The position numbers were made by a program, and so were the translations under genes. Below, one piece after another: positions 36,471-51,014 of a stretch of 64,000 bases of DNA. Source of the DNA: Mobula hypostoma (lineage: Eukaryota); assembly GCF_963921235.1 (NCBI RefSeq), contig NC_086101.1:15810001-15874000 (forward strand). Reading direction: 5' to 3'. Positions within the stretch are counted from its first letter, which is position 1; every line of letters starts with the position of its first letter. The notes below the pieces were generated by a model. It ran no database searches. It was not told where the DNA came from and was given only the letters and a program-made list of their open reading frames with translations.

Positions 36471-37009
36471 AGTCCAGAATCCATCTGATGATACTAAGGG
36501 ACCGTTATGCCTTATTACAGCGGAATCAAACTCTAGAGAAGTGGTATATGATGGCTAGGAGTATGAGGGCGTAGCTCATTGAAAGCAACATAGTGAAGAA
36601 GATTTTTATCATGCTGACCATCATTCAGGGCTTTGAGGATAGGAGTCAGGAACTTATGTTTCAATTGTACAAATCGTTGCCGAGGCTGCACTTGGAATAT
36701 TTTCGACAATTGGCCACCCTGTTATAGATGTTTATAATTAGAAAGCATGGAAAAACATTACCTCGATGCCATCTGAATTTCGGGGCTCCAGTTGAAAGGA
36801 GTGGTTGCATAGACTAGAATTTTACTCTCCGGAATGTAGAAGACTGAGCTCATTAGGAGCTTGAGAAAATTTGTTTTGTCACCAAAACACTTGAAAATTT
36901 CTACAGATGTACCGTGGAAAATATTCTGAAAGGCTGCACCACTGTCTGGTATGGGGGAGGGGCAGGGGAGAGTGGCGTGCGGAGTGGGTGGCTACTGCAC
37001 AGGATTGAA

Positions 37010-38760
37010 GGAAATTACAGAATAACTCTGCTAAAAGATCTTTCAACCTTGTCACAGGTAAATTATGAGCGATTAATTTCAGAGATAAAAGCAGATTTTC
37101 AAATGTGGAATCGTATCCCCTTTTTAAGTTTAAATTCAAGGATAAATGCCATAAAAATTAATATTATCCCTCCGTTACTTTTCCTTTTCCGGACTTTACC
37201 TGTGGAGGTGGACGATAATCAATTCAGGGAATGGGACAAATAGATTTCCCGCTTTATCTGGCAAGGAAAGAAACCTAGAATCCGATTGAACACCTTACAG
37301 TTAGGAAAGGAAGGAGGAGGTATGGCACTTCCTTATTTGAGAAATTATTTTTATGCTTCATAGATAACCCCTGTTATATTGGTGCAATAGGGAATAAAAG
37401 GCTAGATGGAAGGAAATAGAATTTGGATTGATTGACAGTTTTCCTCTACAGGCCTCAATAGTGGACAAAGGATTGAAGGCCCAATTGGAAAAGATTAAAA
37501 GCAGTTGGATAAATCTTACATTAAAAGTATGGCAGAACGTGGCTAATTCATGTGGAACCAATAACATGCTAAAACTTTTCAGATGGTGTGCTTATGATTC
37601 CGAATTTCTTCCCAGCAGAGAAGATAAAAGATTTGAACTGTGGATAAAGAAAGGTCTTATAACCTACCTCTCATTCACACATAAAAGTGTATTTCAAAGT
37701 TTTCAATCCCTGCAGGACAAACATGGCCGAGAACACAATGACTTTTTTAGTTACCCTCAAGTACGACATCATGTTAACTAGCGTCGTAGATATACAGATT
37801 TATCAACAGTAGAATTAGAAGTTTTCAGGATTCTGAATTCGGCTTACAATTCAATACCAAGTAAATCAATTTATCGATTATATAATGCCCTTTCTCATGC
37901 CAAAAATGAAAACACATTGTATGTTAATGAGAAGTGGGAGAAGGAAGCAGGGTTGGTACTTTCAGAGGAGGCTTGGGGAAAATATGCAGCTTCCAGTGGT
38001 CTTCGACTAACTCTTTGACTTGGAGAGAAAATTGTTGGAAAATTATTATAAGATACTTCAAGACCCCATACCAGGAAAAATATAAAGCCACAAACGTGGT
38101 GTGTTGGAGAAGGTGCGGCTCCAAGGAGGCAAATCATTTCCATATTTTTTGGGATTGCCCTAAATTAAGTTAAATGGGAAGGTATTCACAGAACATTAGT
38201 TAAGGTATTTAAGACTCAGATACCTCTGAACTTTGAGACTCTCTACTCGGGGCATGTATTGTTTTTGGAACAGAAGAAAGATATAAAGCTGCTGCAGGTC
38301 CTTTTAGCGGCAAGTAATCAATCACCAGAAAGTGGCTAAATCCAATATCACCTACATTAGAAGATTGGCATGAAATCATTTTGGAAATATTTGAAGTGGA
38401 AAAGACGACCTACTCTCTGAGAATTCAAAAGGAAAAATGGTATCAAATTTGGAATAAATAGATTGAATTTATAACCCCAGTGTGAGTAGACTTTAGATGA
38501 CTCTCCTAATGGTTTATACTGTTTGTCTCACCAACATAGTAATAGTGTTAACAGAAGCATCCTTGGGTTGAATATGTACTGCACCTATTTTTTGGAAAAT
38601 GTGGAATTAACACAAGTAAAGAAAAGATCTGGGGAAATTTTGGATCAGAAAGAAATAGACCAGAAGAGATACATGGAAATTAGTATTCAACCACTATTGT
38701 TAATATTTTTAGAACAACTATTATCGTTATTTATTTTAATAGAGTGGAATTACATTTTCT
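37010..38760 (+). mobile_element. L1/Tx1 ORF2 3' fragment
   Basis: LSLNSRINAIKINIIP; CWRRCGSKEANHFHIFWDCP zinc-knuckle-like end. Confidence 0.75.
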
Positions 38761-41001
38761 TAGATTATGAGAACACTCAGTCCTCTTTTATTGTCATTTA
38801 GAAATGCATACACGCATTAAGAAATGATACAATGTTTCTGCAGAGTGATATCACAGAAAACAGGACAAACCAAAGACTAACACTGACAGAACCACAAAAT
38901 TATAACATATAGTTACAGCAATGCAAAGCAATACCATAATTTGATGAAGAACAAACCATGGGTACGGTAAAAATAGTCTCAAAGTACCCGAGTCGATCGA
39001 CTCCCTAGTCCCCGATAGCGGCGGCAAAAGGGAGAAACTCCCTGCCATAAACCTCCAGGCACCGTCAACTTGCCGATGCCTTGGAAGCAGCCGAGCACAG
39101 CTGACACTGAGTCCATCCATCCGAAAACTTCGAGCCTCCGACCAGCCCCTCCGATACAGCCTCCCGCGCGCCGTCCTCTGCCGAGTGCCTTCGACCCTAC
39201 CACGGCCGCTAAATCAAGCAAAACCGAGGATTCGGGCCTTCTGCTCTGGAGATTCCAGTTACCACACAGTAGCAGCAGCAGCGAAGCGGGCATTTCAGAA
39301 GTTTTCCAGATTTTCCTCCGTACTCTCACGTCCGTCTCCATCAAATCAAAATTGTGCACGGTACCTACTTGACAGATTACAGATATCAATCACCGCAGAG
39401 GCCGCGCACGCTGCTGTCGTGCCGCCATCTTCTTCTCTTTTGCACATAAACATTTATATGAGTGCCTAATTATTTTCTATATTATCTCAATGTGCACATG
39501 TGAATGTACAAATTAATATAGATTTACTCACATAAAAATGGAAAAGGTTATATATGTAAAAGAAAGTTTGTGTATTACTTGTGAAGTCCTTATCCAAATA
39601 AAAATAAAATTAAAAAAAAAGAAAGAAAGAATTTCCAGAAAGATTTAAAATTAGTCAGCTCCATCTGGGGCACCAGCTGCCACAATATCCAAGACATTTT
39701 CAAGGAGTGGTATCTCAGAAAGGCGGCGTCCATCATTAAGGACCCCCATCACCCAAGACATGCCCTCTTCTCATTGTTACCATCGGGAAGGAGGTACAGA
39801 CCTGAAGGCTCACACTCAGTGATTCAGGAAATGCTTCTTCCCCTCTGCCATCCAATTTCTAATGGACATCGTACCCATGAACACTACCTCATGTTTTAAA
39901 GGTTATTTCTGTTTTTGCACGATTTCTAATTTAACTATTTAATATACGTATATACCTACTGTAATTTATCTACTTATTTATTATTTTTTCTATATTACCA
40001 TGTACTGCATTGCATTGTTACCACGAAAGTTAACAAATTTCACAACATATGCCGGTGATATTAAACCCGATTCTGATACTGATTACGTTTCTGGTTCTGA
40101 TCCTGCCATCAGTCAGAGTTGGCATTGGGGGTAGAAACTTTGAAAGAATGAGGTGGTAAAACGTGAGAAGAAATATTTTAACAAGGAGTGTGATTGGGCT
40201 ATGGACTGGACAATTTAGTAGTTACTATTTTAAAAACATCAGACAGAACTGTACAGTAACGGGCCCCTCGGTAAACAATGTTGAGCCAAACTAATTGGTG
40301 ACCAGATGTCCAATTAGACTAACCCTTCCCAACACAATGTCCATATCTCTCATTTCCTGCACGTCCATGCGCCTGTTTAAGAGCCTGTTCAATGTTCTAT
40401 TGTATCTGCCTCTACCTCCACCACCACCAGAGCATTCCAGGTACCCGCCATTCTCTGTGTACAACAATTGCCCACACGCCTTTGAACATACCCCCTCTCA
40501 CTTTAAATGCATTCAGTCTGGGATTAGACACTTTTCCCTGTGAAAATGATATCAACTGTCTGCTCTGTCTGTGTCTCTGATAAATTATAAACCTCTACCA
40601 GGTCTCTGCTCAGCTTCTGCTGCTCCAGAGAAAACAACCCACATTTGTCCAACCTTTCCTTACAGCACCTGCCCTCTAATCCAGACAGACTGTTGGTAAA
40701 CCTCTTCTGCACCTTCTCCAAAATCTCACCCTCCTTCTTATAACGGGGTGAACAGAACTGAATGCAATACCAGATGCAAACTGAATAATTATATAAAGCT
40801 GCAATGCAACTTCCCAACTCTTCAACTGATGACTTTGAAAAATTATGGCAAAGTAAGCCTTCTTTTTCATCCTATTAGCATATCTGCCCACCTACAAGGG
40901 AGCTTTGGACTTGGACTCCAAGATCCTTCTGCTCATTGATACTGTTAAGCATCTTGCAACTAAAAGCGTACTCTGTGTATACATTTAAATAATATTACTG
41001 T

Positions 41002-44000
41002 TCAAGAGCAAACTGGGAGGTATTTGACTGGGAAGTGTTTGCCAGGCTCTGGAGAAAAGCTAAAGCATGGAATTGTTGGTGAATGGACTCAGTACAGACA
41101 GAATGGGCCGAGTGTCCCCTTTTGAAAGGTCAATTCCCAATCTCCCTCCCTAGATTTTGCCTGACTTACAACTTCCTTCAGTACTGTGTTTCTTTCATTC
41201 CAGATTCTTTGGAACCTCTGCAGCCTCTTTGGAACTCGTATTTGTTTATTATTTTCTCATAATCTGAGGTACAGTGAAAAACTTGTCTTGCATACTGTTC
41301 ATTCTGATCAGATCATTACGTGGCGCATGGTGAGGTAGTACTGTACTCGGTAAATCAATAGCAGAGTGAAGTGTAACAGTGACAGAGAAAGTGCAGTGTA
41401 GGGAGACAATGTCATAATGAAGTAAAGTATGAGGTCAAGAGCACATCTGATCATACCAGGGAACCAGTTAATAGTCTCATAACAGTGGGATAGAAACTGT
41501 CCTTACGCTTGGTAGTTTGTGGTTTCAGGCTTTTGTATCTTCTGCCCAGTGGGAGAGGGGAGAGGAGAGAATGTCCTGGGTGGGTGGGGTCTTTGATTAT
41601 GTTGGCAGCTTTACTGAGGCAGCAAGATGTCAGCAGACAGAGTCCTTGGAGGGAAGGTTTGATTTGTAACCTCTTTTTCTGTGCTGGATCGATTTGGTCA
41701 TTATCCAGTTGGTAAAATTCTAACAATGAAAATTAAAAACCTGCAGATGCTGTAAATCTGAGGTAAAAAAAAAACTAGATATGCTGGAAACGCTAAGCAG
41801 CTCAGGCAGCATCTTTGGAAAGTGAAACAAAGTTAATGCTTGAAGTGGAAGATCTTTCCTCAGCACTAGGCAACAATTGTTTACAATATTCTTCTTTCTT
41901 GTTTACCCTCCAGCTCTGCCCAGAGGATTGGTCACAGATCTGAACATTTATCTGCTTCCCTCCCCACAGTAGCTGACTGACCTGCTAAGTGACTCTAGCA
42001 ATTTCCAGCCTTGACCAAATTCTGTTCGGGTGGTGGGTCTGATTTGCTTAGACAAGGAGATGGTTGATGATTAGCTTACCTCTCACTGCGAGATTTGTCC
42101 CTGCCCCTTACAGTTCCCATTGTATTGCCTCCAGCTCGCAGAAGTACATCCCAGAATCATTCGGCTGCACGTCCTTCAGTTGCATAGAAACATCTGTGCT
42201 GTTAGTGGAGGGATCACCCCCTTGAGGTTTGAAGAAGTGGCCTCTGTACTCTGCTGTTTCATTGGTCACTTCTGTTCCATTTCGGGCACCCTTGAACCGG
42301 TGGTACGACCATACCTTATTCGTGACATTGTGTCTGCATGGAATAACCACCGTCTCCCTTCTGTGGCAACAGTGCTGGACTTGTCCTGAATGACCACAAA
42401 CTTCTCAGCACCAATGCCTGAAAGCAGGGAGCAAACTTTAAAATTGGTAAATTGGTTTACTGTGGTCACATTTTGTTCTTCATACAGATCATTTTATCAC
42501 ATCGATTCAATGAGTTAGTGTAAAGAAGGATCAATAGAAGAATGGAGAATGAAGTGTTACAGTTACCGAGAAAGTGCGGATCGGAGCCTGGAAAAGAGGA
42601 ACTAGGACTACGAGTGCACAGCTCATTGAAAGCAGCAGACAGGCAGAGAGGACAATGTTCAGTACGCTGAGCTTCAGTCAGAGCTTTGCGGACAGGAGTC
42701 CAGAAGTTATGTTTCTGTTGTACAAGTCGTTGGTGAGGCTGCACTTGGAATATTTTGTACAGAATAGTCCACCCTGTTGCAGATGTTATTAATTAGAAAG
42801 CGCGGAGATATGATTTACGTGATGTCATCTGAATTTGGGTGCCTGAGTTACAAGGAGAGGTTGCATAGACTAGTACTTTATTCTCTGGAATGTAGGAGAT
42901 TAAGTGAGTGACCTGATAGGGGTATGTAACAAAATAAGGAGCATAGATATTCTGAAAACAGCATTTTTCACCGGGCAGAGGGTGTGCTACTGTTATAAGG
43001 GGGGAGGGGGGGCATTTCGTGACCCACCCAGATGCAAGACACAGACACTGAAGTACTAGGGACAGGACAGGACAGGACTAGAGACTAGAGTTAGGGACGT
43101 GACTGGATGCAGACTAGGAGTTGGGTCAATAACACAGTCTTAGGCTAGGACATTGGCTGGACAAGCGGGATCAGGACAACGAACTGGTAACTAGGAGCCT
43201 GGGCTTGGACTCCCAGCCAGAGACTGGACAAGGACCCAGAACCTGGGTCTTGACTTGGGCTCGGAGCTCGGAACTAGGCAAGGAGATGACGTAGCTACAG
43301 GAAGTGGCGTGGCTACAGCACGGCACGTGAGGTTCTTGGACATGACGAGGGAACTCCAGCCCAGGACGAGGAATCTCCTGCACCAGGCTGGGCGAGGCAC
43401 AAGGACAGGCTGAGGCACATGGACCGGATGAGAACACGAAGGCTTGACTTGGTCGAGGGAGATAGGAACGCAGAGCCTTGGTCGAGGGAGAACAGGAACA
43501 TGGAACACAGTGCCGGCACCCCTCCTTGGGAACAGGACGTAGGGCTGGGACTCATACACAGAACAGAGAGCCGGGACCCCTCCTTGGGAACAGGACGTAG
43601 GGCCGGGACTCATACATGGAATGTTGAACACGACGAGATGGTTCCCAACACATGGTCGCCGTAAATGGTCAGACCTACCTAGCGAAGGCGTGGGCACAGA
43701 GACAGTTCCCAACTCAAGGTTGCGGCAAACAGCCTGACCTACCTAGCGAAGGCGTGGAACAGAGACAGTTCCCAACTCAAGGTAGTGGCAGTCGGCCGGA
43801 CCTACCTAGCGAAGGCGTGGACACAAAGAGACAGTTCCAAACAACAAAAGACAGTTCCTTATCCAGACACAGCAAGGCTCCGGTCTTGCTTCTGTGGTAG
43901 AACTTTACAGCGATAAAGGCAAGGACACAGGCGAGGTTGCAGGTAATTCTTCAGGCCAAGGTTGCAGGTGAGGCTTCAGGCGAAGGACTACAGAAAGAAG

Positions 44001-45126
44001 GGAAAGGGAAGGGAACAGTCTGGCACTGAAGCCGAATCCAGGAGATGTTTATGTAGTCATCCCAAGATGAGAATCATGTGCGTCAATTAAGGCACACACA
44101 GGACAAGGGAATACCGGAAAAACTGTAATAAGGATCGATGGACCAGACCGTGAACCGGAATACGGACTTCACGGACTGGACCATGACAGCTACAAACAAG
44201 ACAGCACGGGTTTATGATCAGAACGGAGAGTTTTGAAAGGGATATTAGACAATTTCTTCACACAAATGGTGCTACGTGGTTGAAAAGAGCTGTCAGAAAT
44301 GGCGATTGCGGCGAGTAAATTACAAACATGAGTAGATAAGTACATGAGTAGGAGAGGTTTAGGGGGCTGTGGGCCAAACGCGGGCAGATGGGATGGGTTC
44401 GCTGGTTAACACGATCGATAAGGACGAGTTGGATCGAAGGGCCTGTTTCCGTGCTAGGAGTCCACAATCACTGAGGCTAAAATTGTACAGAATATCCCAA
44501 GTGCGGCCTCACGGTCACTGGTACGTCTGTAAGAAAACTTCCCAACTCCCGAGCTCAAGAGATTCTACACATGCGGGAAATCCAGAGTAACAGGACGAAC
44601 TCGAGAGGTCAGTCAGCAGTTATGGAGGGGAATAACCAGTTGACGTTTCGGGCTGAGACCCTTCATCATGATTGGAAAGGAAGGAGGGAGAAACGAGAAG
44701 TCTGCGTCCTCAGTGTTCGACCTGGAATTCAGCCCCACCCCCACCCTCCCCCGTCGGCTAGTCAGGGGGTCGATGTCGGAAGCCTGGAGAATAGGAGCCC
44801 GGACGTTGTTCTTGGAATTGGAGGACAGTCCGTGTGTGCGCGTGGGAGGGAGGAAAGGGGCTTGTTTTGTTCCGATTTGTTGTGTTCTGTGTTGTTCTGC
44901 CGACATTGTGGACATCAATGTTGGCGCCGGAATGTGTGGCGACCCTCGCGAGCTGCCCACAGTGCATCCGTAGGTGTGTTGGTTGTTAACGCAAATGAAG
45001 CAGACGAACCTTCCCGCTTTTCCCGCGCTGCCCATTGCCTTCTCCCCCAAGCTGCAGCCGTAAAGGAACAGAAAGCTACTTACCGGAGGAGACGGTCAGT
45101 AGCCACAGAATGGCGCCCACCTTCAT
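41002..45126 (-). pseudogene. Gene C: pseudogenised duplicate of gene B (leader 45084-45126, V 42080-42417, terminal exon 41002-41048)
   Basis: V exon is 338 nt: 1-nt deletion after ATEG, core Trp changed to Arg (TGG>CGG) and TAT>TAA stop in the YGAGT motif. Leader MKVGAILWLLTVSS and splice sites remain intact. Confidence 0.88.
42991..44188. mobile_element. 1.2-kb solo LTR in gene C intron 1, with 5-bp TSD
   Basis: TGTTA...ATGACA flanked by GCTAC at 42986-42990 and 44189-44193. Absent at the paralogous site (about 21865). Confidence 0.85.
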
Positions 45127-46698
45127 CGTTACTCCTCTAAAGCAGAGGAGATATTTAGTGTTCGCTACTTCTCCCTTCTTACAGCCGCGCCTCCCTCCTC
45201 GTGCAACCCGCTGGAAAATTGGGAGGGATTAAGTACTGTCCACTGGATTTTTCCAATTGATTTCCGAATCACTGGAACGAGCTGGATAAACCACCAAGAG
45301 AGTTACAAAGAGATTGGGGGGGGGGGGGGGAGGCGTGACAATAAGCGGTTCAGTGTCGTTAGTGTCGCTGAGCGATGAGCTACGTCCTCTCCTTGGTAAG
45401 ATGCCCTTTTGGACTGACAGATTCCAAACAGTTTCACGTTCAAATCCCTCAGCGCGCAGTGCGCGAAGAAGGCAATTCAGCCCACGCCGATCGCCAGCTC
45501 TACTCCAGTGCTGACTGGGCTACACATTCTCCCCAACTTCCCTTCCACTCCTCCCGTAATTCGCTCCCACACTTGAGACAATTCCCAGATGCAATCCACA
45601 AGTCGTAGGGACACGGAATGAATCCGTAGCACCCGGCGTGTGGGGGGAGCCGACACGGCTGGTGCACCCGCAGGGAAACTGGCGGAATATGCAAAGTCCA
45701 CACATACAAACTGCACCAAAGATCGGGGTCGAACCCGTGTCGCAGGAGCTGCGAGAAAACAGCGCTCACATTTGCGGCAATGGTTCTACGTATCAAACCG
45801 AAATGGTTAATATAAGCTTACGAAACTGTCGTATCTCAGTTAATGTAAATTATTTCGCATTTGACTTCAATCCCCACAACAACGTGTCACTTTAACGGAA
45901 GAGGTTAAATAATTGGTAACATATCAATTGGTAGTGGTTGGTGAAATGGGCTGTCCAGGGAGGGGTAGCACCTCTGCTGAAGCGGCTTGTCCTCTCCATC
46001 CTGGGACAGCTCACTTACCTTTGGGGTCCATCAGACGCTCAGCTCCAAGTACCTGTCTGCATGCGAAAGCGGCCACACTCGGGTAGACCGCTTCGATAGG
46101 CGGGCTAAACCAGGTGAAGGCAGCCGGTGGCAGTGAGATAGGGGATTTCCTGTCTTATTACACGAGAGGAACCTATGGAAATCTATGGAATGGGAAACAG
46201 AATTAATGTTGATCTCCTCCGCCCGACTGCACAGATGTGATCAACAGTGAGATCCAACAGCCAGGAAGGCGGTTCTGCAACACTCCGTGGACAGCGCACG
46301 GCATTTCAATGCACGGAAGATGTCATGGTCACCCACTACAACCAAGGAAGACCCCAGTTTATGTCGACTTCTAGTACCGCTGCACCCGGACTTCCGACGG
46401 CAAGAGTGTGGAACTGTCCCAGTTAACTTATCCACGTTAAAACCCCCGCTCAGGTCTCCTGTGATTGTTGGTACGCCGGACAACCGCGAACAAACGAATC
46501 ACGTCGTTCACACCTCTTGACGGAAGATAAAATAGTTAAGATAGTATTTTGTAGATTTTGGAAATCTGAAATAAAAACAGAAAATACTTTTAAAAACTGA
46601 GCAGATCATGCACCATCTGCGGAGAGAGAAACACTTAATATTTCTACTCTGAGTCAGAGCGAGATGTTAACGTTTCCGTTTCTCCCGAAGGATCTCAG

Positions 46699-49600
46699 AA
46701 ACCATAGAAACCATAGAAACTACAGCACAGAAAAAGGCCTTTTGGCCCTTCTTGGCTGTGCCGAACCATTTTCTGCCCAGTCCCACTGACCTGCACACGG
46801 ACCATATCCCTCCATACACCTCCCATCCATGTATCTGTCCAATTTATTCTTAAATGTTAAAAAAGAACCCACATTTACCACCTCGTCTGGCAGCTCATTC
46901 CATACTCCCACCATTCTCTGTGTGAAGAACCCCCCCTAATGTTCTCTTTAAACGTTCCCCCCCTCACCCTTAACCTATGTCCTCTGGTTTTTTTCTCCCC
47001 TTGCCTCAGTGGAAAAAGCCTGCTTGCATTCACTCTATCTATACCCATCATAATTTTATATACCTCTATCAAATCTCCCCTCATTCTTCTACGCTCCAGG
47101 GAATAAAGTCCTAACCTATTCAATCTTTCTCTGTAACTGAGTTTCTCAAGTCCCGGCAACATCCTTGTAAACCTTCTCTGCACTCTTTCAACCTTATTTA
47201 TATCCTTCCTGTAATTTGGTGACCAAAACTGAACACAATACTCCAGATTCGGCCTCACCAATACCTTATACAACCTCATCATAACATTCCAGCTCTTATA
47301 CTCAATACTTTGATTAATAAAGGCCAATGTACCAAAAGCTCTCTTTACGACCTTATCTACCTGTGACGCCACTTTTAGGGAATTTTGTATCTGTATTCCC
47401 AGATCCCTCTGTTCCACTGCACTCCTCAGTGCCTTACCATTAACCATGTAGGTTCTACATTGATTTGTCCTTCCAACGTGCAATACCTCACACTTGTCAG
47501 TATTAAACTCCATCTGCCATTTTTCAGCCCATTTTTCCAGCTGGTCCAAGTCCCTCTGCAGGCTCTAAAAACCTTCCTCACTGTCTACTACACTTCCAAT
47601 CTTTGTATCATCAGCAAACTTGCTGATCCAATTTACCACATTATCATCCAGATCATTGATATAGATGACAAATAACAATGGACCCAGCACTGATCCCTGT
47701 GGCACACCACTAGTCACAGGCCTCCACTCAGAGAAGCAATTCTCTACCACCACTCTCTGGCTTCTTCCATCGAGCCAATGTCTAATCCAATTTACCACCT
47801 CTCCATGTATACCTAACGACTGAATTGTCCTAACTAACCTCCCATGCGGGACCTTGTCAAAGGCCTTACTGAAGTCCACGTAGACAATATCCACTGCCTT
47901 CCCTTCATCCACTTTCCTGGTAACCTCCTCGGAAAACTCCAATAGATTGGTCAAACATGACCTACCACGCACAAAGCCACGTTGACTCTCCCTAATAAAT
48001 CCCTGTCTATCCAAATGCTTGTAGATTCTGTCTCTTAGTACTCCCTCCAATAACTTACCTACTACCGACGTTAAACTTACTGGCCTATAATTTCCCGGAT
48101 TACTTTTTGATCCTTTTTTAAACAACGGAACGACATGAGCCACTCTCCAATCCTACGACACCTCACCTGTAGACAGCGACATTTTAAATATTTCAGCCAG
48201 GGCCCCTGCAATTTCAACACTAGTCTCCTTCAAGGTCCGAGGGAACACCCTGTCAGGTCCCAGGGATTTATCCATTTTAATTTTCCTCAAGACAGGAAGG
48301 ACCTCCTCCTTTTCGATCTGTACAGTTTCCATGATCTCACTACTTGTTTCCCTTAATTCCATAGACTTCATGCCAGTTTCCTTAGTAAATACAGATGCAA
48401 AAAACCTATTTAAGATCTCCCCCATTTCCTTTGGTTCCGCACATAGCCGACCACTCTGATCTTCAACAGGACCAATTTTATCCCTTACAATCCTTTTGCT
48501 CTTAATATACCTGTCAAAGCTCTTTGGATTATCCTTCACTTTGACTGCCAAGGCAACCTCATGTCTTCTTTTAGCCCTCGTGATTTCTTTCTTAAGTATT
48601 TTCTTGCACTTCTTATACTCCTCAAGCACCTTATTTACTCCCTGCTTCCTATACACATCATACAACTCCCTCTTCTTCTTTATCAGAGTTGCAATATCTC
48701 TTGAGAACCAAGGTTCCTTATTCCTATTCACTTTGCCTTTAATCCTGACAGGAACATACAAGCTCTGCACTCTCAAAATTTCTGCTTTGAAGGCTTCCCA
48801 CCTACCGTCTAACGTCGGTGGTGGGGAAACTGCTGGAGTCAGTTATCAAGGATGTGATAACAGCACATTTGGAAAGCAGTGAAATGATCGGACAAAGTCA
48901 GCATGGATTTGTGAAAAGAAAATCATGTCTGACGAATCTCATAGAATTTTTTGAGGATGTAACTAGTAGAGTAGATAGGGGAGAACCAGTGGATGTGGTA
49001 TATTTGGATTTTCAAAAGGCTTTTGACAAGGTCCCACACAGGAGATTAGTGTGCAAACTTAAAGCACATAGTATTGGGGGTAAGGTATTGGTGTGGGTAG
49101 AGAATTGGTTAGCAGACAGGAAGCAAAGAGTGGGAATAAATGGGACCTTTTCAGAATGGCAGGCGGTGACTAGTGGGGTACCGCAAGGCTCAGTGCTGGG
49201 ACCCCAGTTGTTTACAATATATATTAATGACTTGGATGAGGGAATTAAATGCAGCATCTCCAAGTTTGTGGATGACACGAAGCTGGGTGGCAGTGTTAGC
49301 AGTGAGGAGGATGCTAAGAGGATGCAGGGTGACTTGGATAGGTTGGGTGAGTGGGCAAATTCATGGCAGATGCAATTTAATGTGGATAAATGTGAAGTTA
49401 TCCACTTTGGTGGCAAAAATAGGAAAACAGATTATTATCTGAATGGTGGCTGATTAGGAAAAGGGGAGGTGCAACGAGTCCTGGGTGTCATTATACACCA
49501 GTCATTGAAAGTGGGCATGCAGGTACAGCAGGCGGTGAAAAAGGCGAATGGTATGCTGGCAATTATAGCGAGAGGATTCGAGTACAGGAGCAGGGAGGTA

Positions 49601-50338
49601 CTACTGCAGTTGTACAAGGCCTTGGTGAGACCACACCTGGAGTATTGTGTGCAGTTTTGGTCCCCTAATCTGAGGAAAGACATCTTTGCCATAGAGGGAG
49701 TACAAAGAAGGTTCACCAGATTGATTCCTGGGATGGCAGGACTTTCATATGAAGAAAGACTGGATGAACTGGGCTTGTACTCGTTGGAATTTAGAAGATT
49801 GAGGGGGGATCTGATTGAAACGTATAAGATCCTAAAGGGATTGGACAGGCTAGATGCAGGAAGATTGTTCCCGATGTTGCGGAAGTCCAGAACGAGGGGT
49901 CACAGTTTGAGGATAGAGGGGAAGCCTTTTAGGACCGAGATTAGGAAAAACTTCTTCACACAGAGAGTGGTGAATCTGTGGAATTCTCTGCCACAGGAAA
50001 CAGTTGAGGCCAGTTCATTGGCTATATTTAAGAGGGAGTTAGATATGGCCCTTGTGGCTACGGGGGTCAGGGGGTATGGAGGGAAGGCTGGGGCGGGGTT
50101 CTGAGTTGGATGATCAGCCATGATCATAATAAATGGCGGTGCAGGCTCGAAGGGCCGAATGGCCTACTCCTGCACCTATTTTCTATGTTTCTATGTTTCT
50201 ATGTTTCTACCGATCACATCCATGCCAGAGAACAACCTGTCCCAATCCACGCATTTTAGATCCTTTCTCATTTCTTCAAATTTGGCCTTCTTCCAGTTAA
50301 GAACCTCAACCCTAGGACCAGATCTATCCTTGTCCATT
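46699..50338 (-). mobile_element. CR1 ORF2 (host element), split by a nested CR1 at 48807-50209
   Basis: ORFs 48153-48776, 47565-48143 and 46875-47549; tail (ccatagaaa)n at 46700; sequence resumes at 50210. Empty site at about 24130. Confidence 0.88.
48807..50209 (+). mobile_element. Young CR1 (RT and 3' UTR) nested in the above
   Basis: ORFs 48818-49453 and 49469-50104; tail (tttctatg)n; target ctac^cgatcac. Confidence 0.92.
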
Positions 50339-51014
50339 AACAGTGATTCCCACTCCATGGACCCCCATTGTTTCCTGTTTTATTAGGAATTAGGGAAGGT
50401 TCCACAATTCAATGCAGTCCATAATCTGTAAGGGAATGGGGATTACAGAAGTTTTATATAGTCGAAGACAGATTCTCCCCGATCCCTACACGGAAGAGCT
50501 GATAATTAATAAAGGTTTAATTCTAATTCCACCTTTGCTCTATATCAGGTAAATTATCCGAAAGTCCTCATGCGTCCAATATGACTACTCCCCACCGATA
50601 TATCCGGCTTGCTTGCAGATGTCAACTAACTTTGCAGTAGATCTTCACCCTGCTCCCACCCTTGCCTGTCTCACGGCGTCCGGTTTCCGGCCGCGTGTAA
50701 AACTAGTCGCTCAGCGTTCAGCAGCTGCGGTAGCGGTGTGAAGAACTAACGCATGGAAAGCGGCCGTTCCCTGTTTAGCCCAGTAAGAAGCCACTCTGAC
50801 TTACCGCACCACCGATTATAGAATTATAGGAAGGATGAAGAGAGGGTGCAAAATAGGTTTGCGGGGATTCTGGCTGCATTAGATGACTTCATATGGTTTG
50901 TGTTATATTATGAGGACAGACTAGCCAAGTCGATGGTGTAAGACAGGAAGTGCTCCAAATTATCAAAAGTATTGACAGGGTAGGTATTAATAAACTTCAC
51001 AAAGGCAGAGGTGT

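Noticed and set aside
43672-43845. Repeat-spacer-like array resembling CRISPR
   Set aside because: Vertebrate DNA, the intervening sequences are homologous to each other, and it lies inside a TSD-flanked LTR.
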